From Macrostomum lignano (taxonomy: Eukaryota): DNA of 64,000 nucleotides. The translations under genes were made by a program, and so were the position numbers. Positions 22,301 through 33,186 of the stretch are shown here, piece after piece. Position 1 is the first letter of the stretch. Every line of letters begins with the position of its first letter. The notes under the pieces are model-generated. The model saw only the letters and a list, made by a program, of their open reading frames with translations. It made no database searches and had not been told where the DNA came from. The stretch lies in NCBI GenBank assembly GCA_002269645.1, contig NIVC01001284.1, positions 62,001-126,000 of the forward strand. The letters are read 5' to 3'.

Positions 22301-25271
22301 GTCCGTATCTACCCAGGTGTCCGTATCTACCCATGTGTCCGTATCTACCCATGTGTCCGTATCTATCCATGTGTCCGTGGGTAGATACGGACATGTGTCT
22401 AGCCATGTCTTTTTATCGACCCATGTCCCTTATCTACTAATGTACACTTTTTCCTGCACCTTTGTTTCCACACATCCCTGTTTAATCCTTATCGCATTGA
22501 TTTGTCAATCACCATATCCTTAGTCTCCTCTGTAACAATTATACTATTTAATAATTGTGTATCTGTTGTCTTCATCTTAGAACAAAGATTTAAACCACTC
22601 TCCTTTGTCCCTCCGTCTATCTTGCAGGAACTATCCACCAGCGACGATTGGTTCAGGTAACTGCTGACCATTTGTTGATTTGATTAATGAAATCTTTTTT
22701 CTTTTAATCTATAAAACCCATTTGTGAATTCGTTCCAGCACCCAGGAGCTTCAGCAGGACGCATTGGTTCAATCGCAGCTTCATTTCGACAATTCCCAAT
22801 CAGCTACGGGGGGCGCATCAGGCTTGCCTTCATCGTCTGTGGGAGCATTTCCCAGTTTCACACCGCTAGCCGCAGAGGGCGATAAGGGTGGAACTGGAAA
22901 TAACAATAATTCTAGTAACGCCTTTCCGGACTTCATCACCCAGGCACCGTTAGTAGCTGCTAAAGCGGTCAAAACGCCGAATGAGTTTCCCGACTGCATC
23001 ACGCAGACTGAACAGGCCAGACTCACCCAGAATGAAGACGGTATCGATGTAGCAGCCTATGGCATTGTTGATGAGAGCGGTGACAATTCGGCTGACGATT
23101 ATTTAGCTAAAGCCTTGATGCTTAGCGGAGTTGTTAATCCAGATAGTCAAGATGACGCTTTGCAAGAGATGCCAGCAGCTGTTAGGTCTGCAAAATCTTC
23201 CTCATTTTCGGCAATGACGAGTAAACACGACGTTAATTCCGAAGATAAATCCGACAATAATTCCGGAAAAAAGCCGGACGAAAGTTCCAATGAAGAAGCT
23301 GCCAGTCATTTTAACGATAATTTCGAAGAAACATCCAACGATAAATCCAGAAAAGATTCTGACGAAAAATCCGGAAAAAATTCTAACGATAAATCCGGAA
23401 AAAATTCTAACGATAAATCCGGAAAAAATTCCAACGATAAATCCGGAAAAGATTCTAAGGATAAATCTGAGATATCCGATAATGATGACGACGAAAACGA
23501 GGATGAAGATGACGAAGAAATCGGCATTCAGAAGCTGCGCAATAAAATCCAGACGCGTCAGTTCATAGTTGGCAGCGATGAGGAAGATGAAGACGAAGAT
23601 GAAGGAAGCGACGAAGCTGATGAGGAATCCGATGATGACGGAGATGCCAAATCTTCTGATAATGAAGAAGAAGAAAGCGAAGACAATAATGAGGGCGATG
23701 AAGATGAAGAGAGAGTGGCAGAGTCCTATTCTCGCAAGCGTCGGCTTCGCCAGCGCGACTTTCTTGAAGAAGAAGCCGAACTGAGCGGCTCAGATGACGG
23801 CGGGGCTGACGATGTTGACAATCCCGAAGATGGCGACTCGCTGGATCAAGCTCTGGCCGCCGAGCTCGAAGGCATGATCGACGACGATGAAGATGCGCTG
23901 GGCGGCAGGTCGAAGGTTCGACGTCAGGTCGCTCGAATCCAGCACGCCATGGAGACCGACGAGGATCGTCGCCGGCTGGACCAGCTGAAAGAGCTGCTGC
24001 TGCCAGACGGCGAGCTCGCCGACGAATCCGACGCCGATGGCGGCGTCAGGAAGTGGCGATTCAACCGGTGGAAGGAGCTGCAGGAGCGGCGCGACGCCGC
24101 TGAGGCTGCGGCCAGAGCCGGCCTGGAGGACGCCTGCTGGGGCGACGGCGAGGACGAGGAGCAGCGAAGGCGAGAGGAGGAGGAGCAGGAGGCCGAGGCC
24201 AGGGCCGAGCAGGTGATGATTCGTTAGATGGGTATTTCTGTGATTAGATAGGTGCTATTTCTGTCATTATATTGGGTATTTCGGTCATTAGATGGGGTAT
24301 TTCTGCCATTAGATAGGGTCTTTCTGTCATTAGATGGGGTATTTTTTGTTCTAGATTAGATGTAGACTTCTTTAAATCAGCGTATTGGTTTCTAGATATT
24401 TTTGTCACTAGATTAAGATTCCGTTCCCTATATCCGTTAATCCGCTAATCCGCTTCGCCAGGCCCTTCGAATTGAGCGGCACAAACGCGAGAAATTTCTG
24501 GAGGAGCAGGAGCAGCAGCAGCAGCACCGGCTCATGCTGCAGCTGGCCGCCCAAGAATCTCAGAGCGGCCTGTCCATCACTGCTCAGCATCCCAATCAGC
24601 ATCATCAGCATCTCCTAGAAGACAGCAGTTCGCAGCAATCGCAGTTCTTTCGCGACATGCACGCTCGGGTGCTGAAAGAGACTTCAAACAGCGCCAGCAA
24701 AAGCATTGCTGGTCAGATGTTGCCGCCCAAGACCCGGCCTGTTGTTCAGCAGAAGCAGCAACAGCAAAAGCAACAACAGCAGCAACCAGATTGTTCCGCG
24801 TCGCTTAACAAACGCAAAAATTTTGCTCCAATAAAGCGCAGCGGCTCGTTTCTAACCAGAAGTCGAGACAGTTCCGCCTCGCTGCGTCAGCTGGTTGCCA
24901 AGTCGGCTGGCAGCGGCGGCGGCGACAGCGGCCTCAAGGCAGCCGTGGCGGCGGCCGCGGAAAGCAAAGTGAAGTTTTCAACCGGAGTGGCCTGCTTCTC
25001 GGTGCAGAGTCGCAAGTCTGCCAGCAATAATAACACTAATACTACTGATAGTAGCGGCAGGAAACGCGTCAGCGGCTTGACTGGACCCGTTGCTAATGGC
25101 AACGAGCCGGCGGCTAAAAAACTTCGACAGACTGGCCGCAGCGGCGGCTTGGCGGCATCTCCGGTGCAGCAGCGAAGGTCGTCGATTTTGTCGAATTTCT
25201 ATGCCGTTAACAATGCGGCTGCCGCGGCTGCTGCGGCTGCGGCCGCTGCTGCTGTTGAAGAGCAGTCTTGA
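19350..25271 (+). CDS. CLSPN: Claspin (replication checkpoint mediator), ~1130 aa model; exons 19350-19706, 20813-21535, 22628-22656, 22739-24212, 24462-25271
   Basis: EFKRRFERHA (cf. LKQRFWKHA), acidic tracts, an MRC1-like block FLEEEAELSGSD...DEDRRRL...LLPDGEL...RKWRFNRW, then RIERHKREKFL and RSGSFL. All splice phases are compatible (0,0,2,0). The joined CDS is 3393 nt. The true start may lie further upstream. Confidence 0.85.
19806..20742 (+). repeat. 16-bp minisatellite TGTGACAATCTGGCAG filling Claspin intron 1
   Basis: Direct inspection. Confidence 0.95.
21583..22396 (+). repeat. 18-bp minisatellite CCATGTGTCCGTATCTAC in Claspin intron 2, ending in one inverted unit
   Basis: Direct inspection. 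GGGTAGATACGGACATG occurs at ~22379-22395. Confidence 0.95.
24226..24345 (+). repeat. Short degenerate ~20-bp repeat ATTAGATGGGTATTTCTGTC in the last Claspin intron
   Basis: About 5 degenerate units are visible. Confidence 0.7.
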
Positions 25272-25339
25272 CTTGGGCTTGTCTGCAGTGACTGCTGAGT
25301 TGCTGTCTTTTTTCTGTAGCTTACTGTCACCTTAGTCTG

Positions 25340-25650
25340 TATTTGGCTGTAACTTATTATCTGTCTGTAATGATTGTATGTATCTTGGCTGTAAGTGACT
25401 GTATCTTGGCTGTAAGTGACTGTATTTTGGCTGTAAGTGACTGTATCTTGGCTGTAAGTGACTGTATCCTGGCTGTAAGTGACTATTTGGCTGTAATTGA
25501 CTGTATCTTGGCTGTAATTGAGACTATCTTGGCTGTAATTGTCTGTATCTGGCCGTAAGTGACTGCATCTTGGCTGTAATTGGCTGTATCTTGGTTGTAA
25601 GTGACTGTATCTGGCTGTAAGTGACTGTATCTGGCTGTAAGTGACTGTAA
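25340..25650 (+). repeat. 21-bp minisatellite GACTGTATCTTGGCTGTAAGT just 3' of the Claspin stop
   Basis: Direct inspection. Confidence 0.9.
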
Positions 25651-26162
25651 CTGTGTGAAGTGTTACACTGTTGGTCAATTTTGTGAAAGCATTTTAAACA
25701 TATTGCATATTTATAACTTTCCTATGCTTTTAATGAGGGAAGGCCGGTAAATGTTTACAAATATTCACTTCATTTTCCAAGTTTATACTGCATTGTAATA
25801 TTGCATTATTACATTAGTAGTTTCTCAACGTTACTACTTGCAGTTAGCAAGTATCGTTAGTATGTATTCATTATTTAACGTTTCATAAGTCTTGGATTAT
25901 AAAATTGTAAAACCTACTTATTAAACAGTAAGCAAGTTTTAATCCACTAAAACTTTTGGTGCTTTTCGGTTTCAATTCAGCATTAACTAATTAGCATTTT
26001 CTTTTAGAGTCCGTGTCAGCTGATAACTCTCTTCTCCATTGTATATATAGACATATCTATTTTCATGTTTCTGTTTTAATAATTACTTGAAATACATGAT
26101 TACTGCTATTTACTTCTACCAGCACTTTGTGCACCTTGCAACAGTTTGGTTGCTAACTAAAT

Positions 26163-27355
26163 ATTGGCTAGATTAGCAATCCATTCTATTCCAATTGATC
26201 TGTGATTGGCTAGATTAGCAATCCATTCTATTCCAATTGATGCGTGATTGATTGGCTAGATTAGCAATCCATTCTATTCCAATTGATGCGTGATTGATTG
26301 GCTAGATTAGCAATCCATTCTATTCCAATTGATCTGTGATTGGCTAGATTAGCAATTCATTCTATTCCAATTGATCTGTGATTGGCTAGATTAGCAATCC
26401 ATTCTATTCCAATTGATCTGTGATTGGCTAGGTTAGCAATCCATTCTATTCCAATTGATCTGTGATTGGCTAGATTAGCAATTCATTCTATTCCAATTGA
26501 TCTGATTGGCTAGATTAGCAATCCATTCTATTCCAATTGATCTGTGATTGGCTAGATTAGCAATTCATTCTATTCCAATTGATCTGTGATTGGCTAGATA
26601 AGCAATCCATTCTATTCCAATTGATTTGTGATTGGCTAGATTAGCAATCCATTCTATTCCAATTGATCTGTGATTGGCTAGGTTAGCAATCCATTCTATT
26701 CCAATTGATCTGTGATTGGCTAGATTAGCAATTCATTCTATTCCAATTGATCTGATTGGCTAGATTAGCAATCCATTCTATTCCAATTGATCTGTGATTG
26801 GCTAGGTTAGCAATCCATTCTATTCCAATTGATCTGTGATTGGCTAGATTAGCAATTCATTCTATTCCAATTGATCTGATTGGCTAGATTAGCAATCCAT
26901 TCTATTCCAATTGATCTGTGATTGGCTAGATTAGCAATCCATTCTATTCCAATTGATCTGTGATTGGCTAGGTTAGCAATCCATTCTATTCCAATTGATC
27001 TGTGATTGGCTAGATTAGCAATTCATTCTATTCCAATTGATCTGTGATTGGCTAGATTAGCAATCCATTCTATTCCAATTGATCTGTGATTGGCTAGATT
27101 AGCAATCCATTCTATTCCAATTGATCTGTGATTGGCTAGGTTAGCAATCCATTCTATTCCAATTGATCTGTGATTGGCTAGATTAGCAATCCATTCTATT
27201 CCAATTGATCTGTGATTGGCTAGGTTAGCAATCCATTCTATTCCAATTGATCTGTGATTGGCTAGATTAGCAATCCATTCTATTCCAATTGATCTGTGAT
27301 TGGCTAGATTAGCAATCCATTCTATTCCAATTGATCTGTGATTGGCTAGATTAGC
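26163..27355 (+). repeat. 42-bp minisatellite ATTGGCTAGATTAGCAATCCATTCTATTCCAATTGATCTGTG, ~28 copies
   Basis: Direct inspection. The 14-aa period in ORF 27023..27367 agrees. Confidence 0.95.
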
Positions 27356-27534
27356 TAGGTTGAACATTTAAACAAGCAATACCACAGACTTAAAATTAAA
27401 TGCAAAGATGTCAATATTGAGTGCAGATTTTTCAAAATCGAAAGTAAAAAGGTGCAGTTCTGCTGTTAGTAGATAATTCAATTGGCTCCCCTTAGCGATA
27501 TCCATGCAGACTTATCTTTCAGAATAAAAAATTC

Positions 27535-28231
27535 CAAGGACGACTTAAGTAGAAGGACGGGAAACCTCGTTTCTTAGAAAAGTTTTGAAGGCACTTTTTC
27601 CCGAAAAAATACACTACGGAGATAGGAAGTTTTCATTTTTTCAGCACAAAAATTGTTATTGCGTTTGATAGGAGGCAGATCCAGTGTTCATCTCTTGATA
27701 TGTTGTGCCTTTTTATTGCTCTATCGATATTTTTTAAGCTTTTCGTTCAGGAAATTAGGATTCTATGTTAATTTTTGATTCTACGTATATTTCCTGTGTC
27801 TAAAAATCACAAAAATGCATGACACAGCTCCAATATTTGGTTTTATGAACCTATTTTATCATCTCTGTTACAAATATTTGCTACACAGTCGGGTAAGAAT
27901 GATAAAAAAGACTCATGAAGCTAAAGAGCCGAGCCGTAGCATTCTAATGTATTTCAAGCACAAGACACGCGAAAATATACGTAGAATAAAAAATTAACAT
28001 AGAATCCTAATTTTCTGAACGAAAAGCTTAAAAAATATCGATAGAGCAATAAAAAAGGCACAACATATCAAAAGATGAGCACTGGATCTGCCTCCTATCA
28101 AAAGTAATAACAACTTTTGTGCTGAAAAAATGAAAACTTCCTATCTCCGTAGTGTATTTTTTCGGGAAAAAGTGCCTTCAAAACTTTTCTAAGAAACGAG
28201 GTTTCCCGTCCTTCTACTTAAGTCGTCCTTG
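27535..28231. mobile_element. 697-bp foldback MITE with ~265-bp TIRs and 8-bp TSD (AAAAATTC)
   Basis: 27535-27801 is a near-perfect reverse complement of ~27962-28231. The ends are CAAGG...CCTTG. AAAAATTC occurs at 27527-27534 and 28232-28239. Confidence 0.88.
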
Positions 28232-28401
28232 AAAAATTCATGAGGGAATTAGCCTTGGCCACAGATATTTCAACACTGAGCAATCATTTCCTTTATCTAC
28301 GCGTAAGAGTATATGCGCTCGATACTCTGTGTTACTAAACATTTATTTCGATCCAGACTATAGGCTACATGTAAATCTTGAGCTTTTAAATTGCTACAAC
28401 A

Positions 28402-30012
28402 TTGCGCGTTATCATGCCAGACCAGCAGCAGCCACAGGTCAACTACATCAGCAGCAGCTCCAGCAGGCGTCGCTCGCGCTCCTACCGAGTGCTGCTCAGC
28501 CAGTCTCGACCTCGCGTCGATGAGGCCGAAAAATGTCAAGCCGCAGTCGACCTGATGGTCGGTCGGGTGCGCGGCATTCTGGACGACATGAACCGGGCGG
28601 AGAAGCAACGGGAACGGGCCGCCAGGGAGGCTGCCATCGAGGAGCGGACGGCGTTTCTGTTGAACAACTACGGCAGGCTGAAACGCATTGCGGAGTGCAA
28701 CACCCGCAGGCGCCTGTTTGAGGAGGTGGAGCAGCAGAGGAGGCTGAAGGCTGAAGGCGGAGGGTGTCCCGTAAGTGCCGATGAGGACTCCGCTTGAAGG
28801 ACCCTCCAACTCTCACGATCTGCTCCTCACCCAGTCTACTTCTCAATCTCATCCAGTCTACTTCTCAATCTCACCCAGTCTACTCAATCTCACCCAGTCT
28901 ACTTCTCAATCTCATCCAGTCTACTTCTCAATCTCATCCAGTCTACTTCTCAATCTCACCCAGTCTACTCAATCTCACCCAGTCTACTCAATCTCACCCA
29001 GTCTACTCAATCTCACCCAGTCTACTTCTCAATCTCATCCAGTCTACTTCTCAATCTCACCCAGTCTACTCAATCTCACCCAGTCTACTTCTCAATCTCA
29101 TCCAGTCTACTTCTCAATCTCATCCAGTCTACTTCTCAATCTCACCCAGTCTACTCAATCTCACCCAGTCTACTTCTCAATCTCATCCAGTCTACTTCTC
29201 AATCTCATCCAGTCTACTTCTCAATCTCACCCAGTCTACTCAATCTCACCCAGTCTACTCAATCTCACCCAGTCTACTCAATCTCACCCAGTCTACTTCT
29301 CAATCTCATCCAGTCTACTTCTCAATCTCACCCAGTCTACTCAATCTCACCCAGTCTACTCAATCTCACCCAGTCTACTCAATCTCACCCAGTCTACTTC
29401 TCAATCTCATCCAGTCTATTCAATCTCACCCAGTTTACTCAATCTCACCCAGTCTAATTCTCAATCTCATCAGTCTACTTCTCAATCTTACCCAGTCTAC
29501 TTCTCAATCTTACCCAGTTTACTCAATCTCACCCAGTCTACTCAATCTCACCCAGTCTACTTCTCAATCTCATCCAGTCTAATTCTCAATCTCACCCAGT
29601 CTACTTCTCAATCTCACCCAGTCTACTTCTCAATCTCACCCAGTCTACTTCTCAATCTTACCCAGTCTGCTTCTCAATCTTACCCAGTCTACTTCTCAAT
29701 CTTACCCAGTCTACTTCTTAATCTCACTCAAACCCATTCCAGACTCCATCGCCAACTCCGTCGCAGCGTTCGACGCCACCGCCGCCCCCGCCGACACCTC
29801 CACCGGCGTCGCCGTCGCCTCAGTCGGCGTTCGAAGCCCGACGTCGCGCCGTCCGACGCCGCCTAAAAGCGTCGAGAGAGGCGCGCGCTGCGGCGGCTGC
29901 AGAGGCGGCCCGACTGGCGTCTACGGGGGACGACGGGCGGGCAGAAGCGGTGATGGAGAAACTGCTGTACGAGGACTGCAGCGGCAGAGTGAGAGTCGGC
30001 GGCTTTTATTGA
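28402..30012 (+). CDS. Uncharacterised charged/coiled-coil and proline-rich protein; exons 28402-28770 and 29743-29988 (or read-through to the stop at 30012)
   Basis: Two GC-rich exon-like blocks are joined in phase 0 by CCC|GTAAGT and CCATTCCAG|ACT. No recognisable domain. Confidence 0.55.
28825..29730 (+). repeat. ~19-22-bp pyrimidine-rich minisatellite CCAGTCTACT(T)CTCAATCTCA(C/T), intronic
   Basis: Direct inspection. Confidence 0.93.
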
Positions 30013-30044
30013 CGGTGAAATGAGGGTCTTTGTTCAGTCTGAAT

Positions 30045-30470
30045 TACTGGGGAATGACAGTAGTCTTTGTTCCCTGCGCATCAATGAGAAATGGCTGCAG
30101 TCTTTGTTCACACTGCATTAATGGGCAATGGCAGTAGTCTTTGTTCACACTGCATCAATGATGGGGAATGACAGTAGTCTTTGTTCACACTGCATTAATG
30201 ATGGGGAATGACAGTAGTCTTTGTTCCCTGCGCATTAATGGGCAATGGCTGTAGTCTTTGTTCACACTGCATTAATGGGCAATGGCAGTAGTCTTTGTTC
30301 ACACTGCATTAATGGGCAATGGCAGTAGTCTTTGTTCACACTGCATTAATGGGCAATGGCAGTAGTCTTTGTTCACACTGCATTAATGGGCAATGGCAGT
30401 AGTCTTTGTTCACACTGCATTAATGGACAATGGCAGTAGTCTTTGTTCACTCTAGGTATTGGCAGTAGTC
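30045..30470 (+). repeat. 37-bp minisatellite GTAGTCTTTGTTCACACTGCATTAATGGGCAATGGCA
   Basis: Direct inspection. Confidence 0.9.
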
Positions 30471-30937
30471 AGTTAAGACCATTTCATGTGCGATAAGCGT
30501 ACCTATGTGCTATGTGATAAGTGTATTAGTTGGTCCTGCCGCTTAACCACATTTTTTGTTATTTTCTTTTCACTTTCTTATATAATACTTTTAGCAGCAT
30601 ACGGGGCCCATATAAATTTGTACCTGAAACTTATTCCATACAGTTTTTTAATTTTAAAAGTTTTCTGTACCGGAACGTGAAAGCAAATATAAATATTATT
30701 GGTTTATTTATTTACTAAGCAATTGTCTGTTCAGGGACCAGAGATTCTTGCGTTGATGAAGTTGTTTTTTAGTTGTTATAAAAATACATCGCTGAGTTAG
30801 TTAAGTTAATAACCGGTGTCTAGTACTATAAGTAGGGAGGGACTAGGGATTAAAACTACACAGTGATTAAATAATTAAATGCTGCTTTTGCAAACTGCCT
30901 TCAAATTCATTTTAAAATCATTATTCCGGAGAAGCAC

Positions 30938-31092
30938 AAGACAGACAGACGGACAGGCAGACAGCCAGACAGAGGCACTAAAACAGACAGACGGACAGGC
31001 AGACAGGCAGACAGAGGCACTAAAACAGACAGACGGACAGGCAGACAGGCAGACAGAGGCACTAAAACAGACAGACGGACAGGCAGACTGGC

Positions 31093-31129
<37 letters not shown>

Positions 31130-31152
31130 CTAAGACAGACAGAGGCACTAAA

Positions 31153-31189
<37 letters not shown>

Positions 31190-31198
31190 GGCACTAAA

Positions 31199-31231
<33 letters not shown>

Positions 31232-31240
31232 GGCACTAAA

Positions 31241-31305
<65 letters not shown>

Positions 31306-31424
31306 GGCACTAAAACAGACAGACAGACAGGCAGACAGCCAGACAGAGGCACTAAAACAGACAGACGGACAGGCAGACAGGCAGACAGAGGCACTAAAAC
31401 AGACAGACGGACAGGCAGACAGGC

Positions 31425-31473
<49 letters not shown>

Positions 31474-31476
31474 CTA

Positions 31477-31507
<31 letters not shown>

Positions 31508-31516
31508 GGCACTAAA

Positions 31517-31581
<65 letters not shown>

Positions 31582-31612
31582 GGCACTAAAACAGACAGAC
31601 AGACAGACACTA

Positions 31613-31643
<31 letters not shown>

Positions 31644-31652
31644 GGCACTAAA

Positions 31653-31709
<57 letters not shown>

Positions 31710-31718
31710 GGCACTAAA

Positions 31719-31759
<41 letters not shown>

Positions 31760-31918
31760 GGCACTAAAACAGACAGACAGACAGGCAGACAGCCAGACAG
31801 AGGCACTAAAACAGACAGACAGACAGGCAGACAGCCAGACAGAGGCACTAAAACAGACAGACAGACAGACAGACAGCCAGACAGAGGCACTAAAACAGAC
31901 AGACAGACAGACAGACAC
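30938..31918 (+). repeat. (CAGA)n microsatellite punctuated by GAGGCACTAAAA
   Basis: Direct inspection. Confidence 0.95.
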
Positions 31919-32299
31919 ACAAAATAAAATAAAAAGTGAGAAATGTAAATTTAAAATCTGACTTGCACACAAATGCCAATGATGGCTGGGTGATTGATGC
32001 TGATATTTTGACAATAAAAACAGTTTAAGTTCTGCGGCAGGAGAGATTACAATTTAATTGGAATTTCTCCAACTCTGATATTTACTATACAACTTATAAG
32101 CACAACAAAACGAAAAAACACATTGGTTGACTGACAACATTCTGCATACATGTAGCTACCTGAAAATTATACATTGAGCTACAGTATAATATCCAATCTG
32201 TGACACGTTATATCCAACATAAAATCCTTAATTTTGATGTTTTATGTAATACATCCCTTTCTACTGTTTTATCTTATATTTCATCCCTATAAAATTCCA

Positions 32300-33130
32300 A
32301 AATGGGATATTTTATCCACTAAAATCACAAATAGGAATATTTCATCCACTAATATCCCGAACAGGATATTCCATCCACTAATATCCCAAATGGGATGGAT
32401 ATTTCAAACCCCTAAATCCAAAAATGGGATATTTCAACCCATAAAACACTAAAATGGGATATTTCAACCCCAAAAATCCAAAAATGGGCTATTTCAACCC
32501 GTAATACCCTAAAATGGGATATTTCAACCCGTAAAACCCTGAAATGGGATAATTCAACCCGTAAAACCCTAAAATGGGATATTTCAACCCCTAAAATCCA
32601 AAAATGAGATAATTAACCCGTAAAACCCTAAAATGGGATATTTCAACCCGTAAAACCCTAAAATGGGATATTTCAACCCGTAAAACCCTAAAATGGGATA
32701 TTTCAACCCGTAAAACCCTAAAATGGGATATTTTAACCCGTAAAACCCTAAAATGGGATATTTCAACCCCTAAAATCCTAAAATGGGATAATTCAACCCC
32801 TAAAATCCTAAAATGGGATTATTCAACCCCTAAAATCCTAAAATGGGATAATTCAACCCCTAAAATCCTAAAATGGGATAATTCAACCCCTAAAATCCTA
32901 AAATGGGATAATTCAACCCCTAAAATCTCAAAATGGGATAATTCAACCCCTAAAATCTCAAAATGGGATAATTGAAACCCTAAAATCTCAAAATGGGATA
33001 ATTGAAACCCTAAAATCCTAAAATGGGATAATTCAACCCCTAAAATCTCAAAATGGGATATTTCATCTCCTAAAACCCAAAATGGGATTTTTCATCCCTT
33101 AAAATCACAAAATAGGATATTTTAACCTAC
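32300..33130 (+). repeat. 30-bp minisatellite ATGGGATATTTCAACCCGTAAAACCCTAAA
   Basis: Direct inspection. Confidence 0.92.
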
Positions 33131-33186
33131 TGTATAAAACGCCCAAATAGGATATTTAACTATGCAGTATGTACATGCAGTATCAG

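Noticed and set aside
23306-23470. 24-bp coding repeat (DKSGKNSN-like, ~6 units) in Claspin exon 4
   Set aside because: An ordinary low-complexity expansion in a disordered acidic region.
26163-27355. Regular 30-42-bp arrays resembling CRISPR repeats
   Set aside because: The units are head-to-tail with no unique spacers, there are no cas genes, and the context is eukaryotic.
32460-33060. CCCTAAA telomere-like heptamer inside the 30-bp unit
   Set aside because: It occurs once per unit, not in tandem, so it is not an interstitial telomere.
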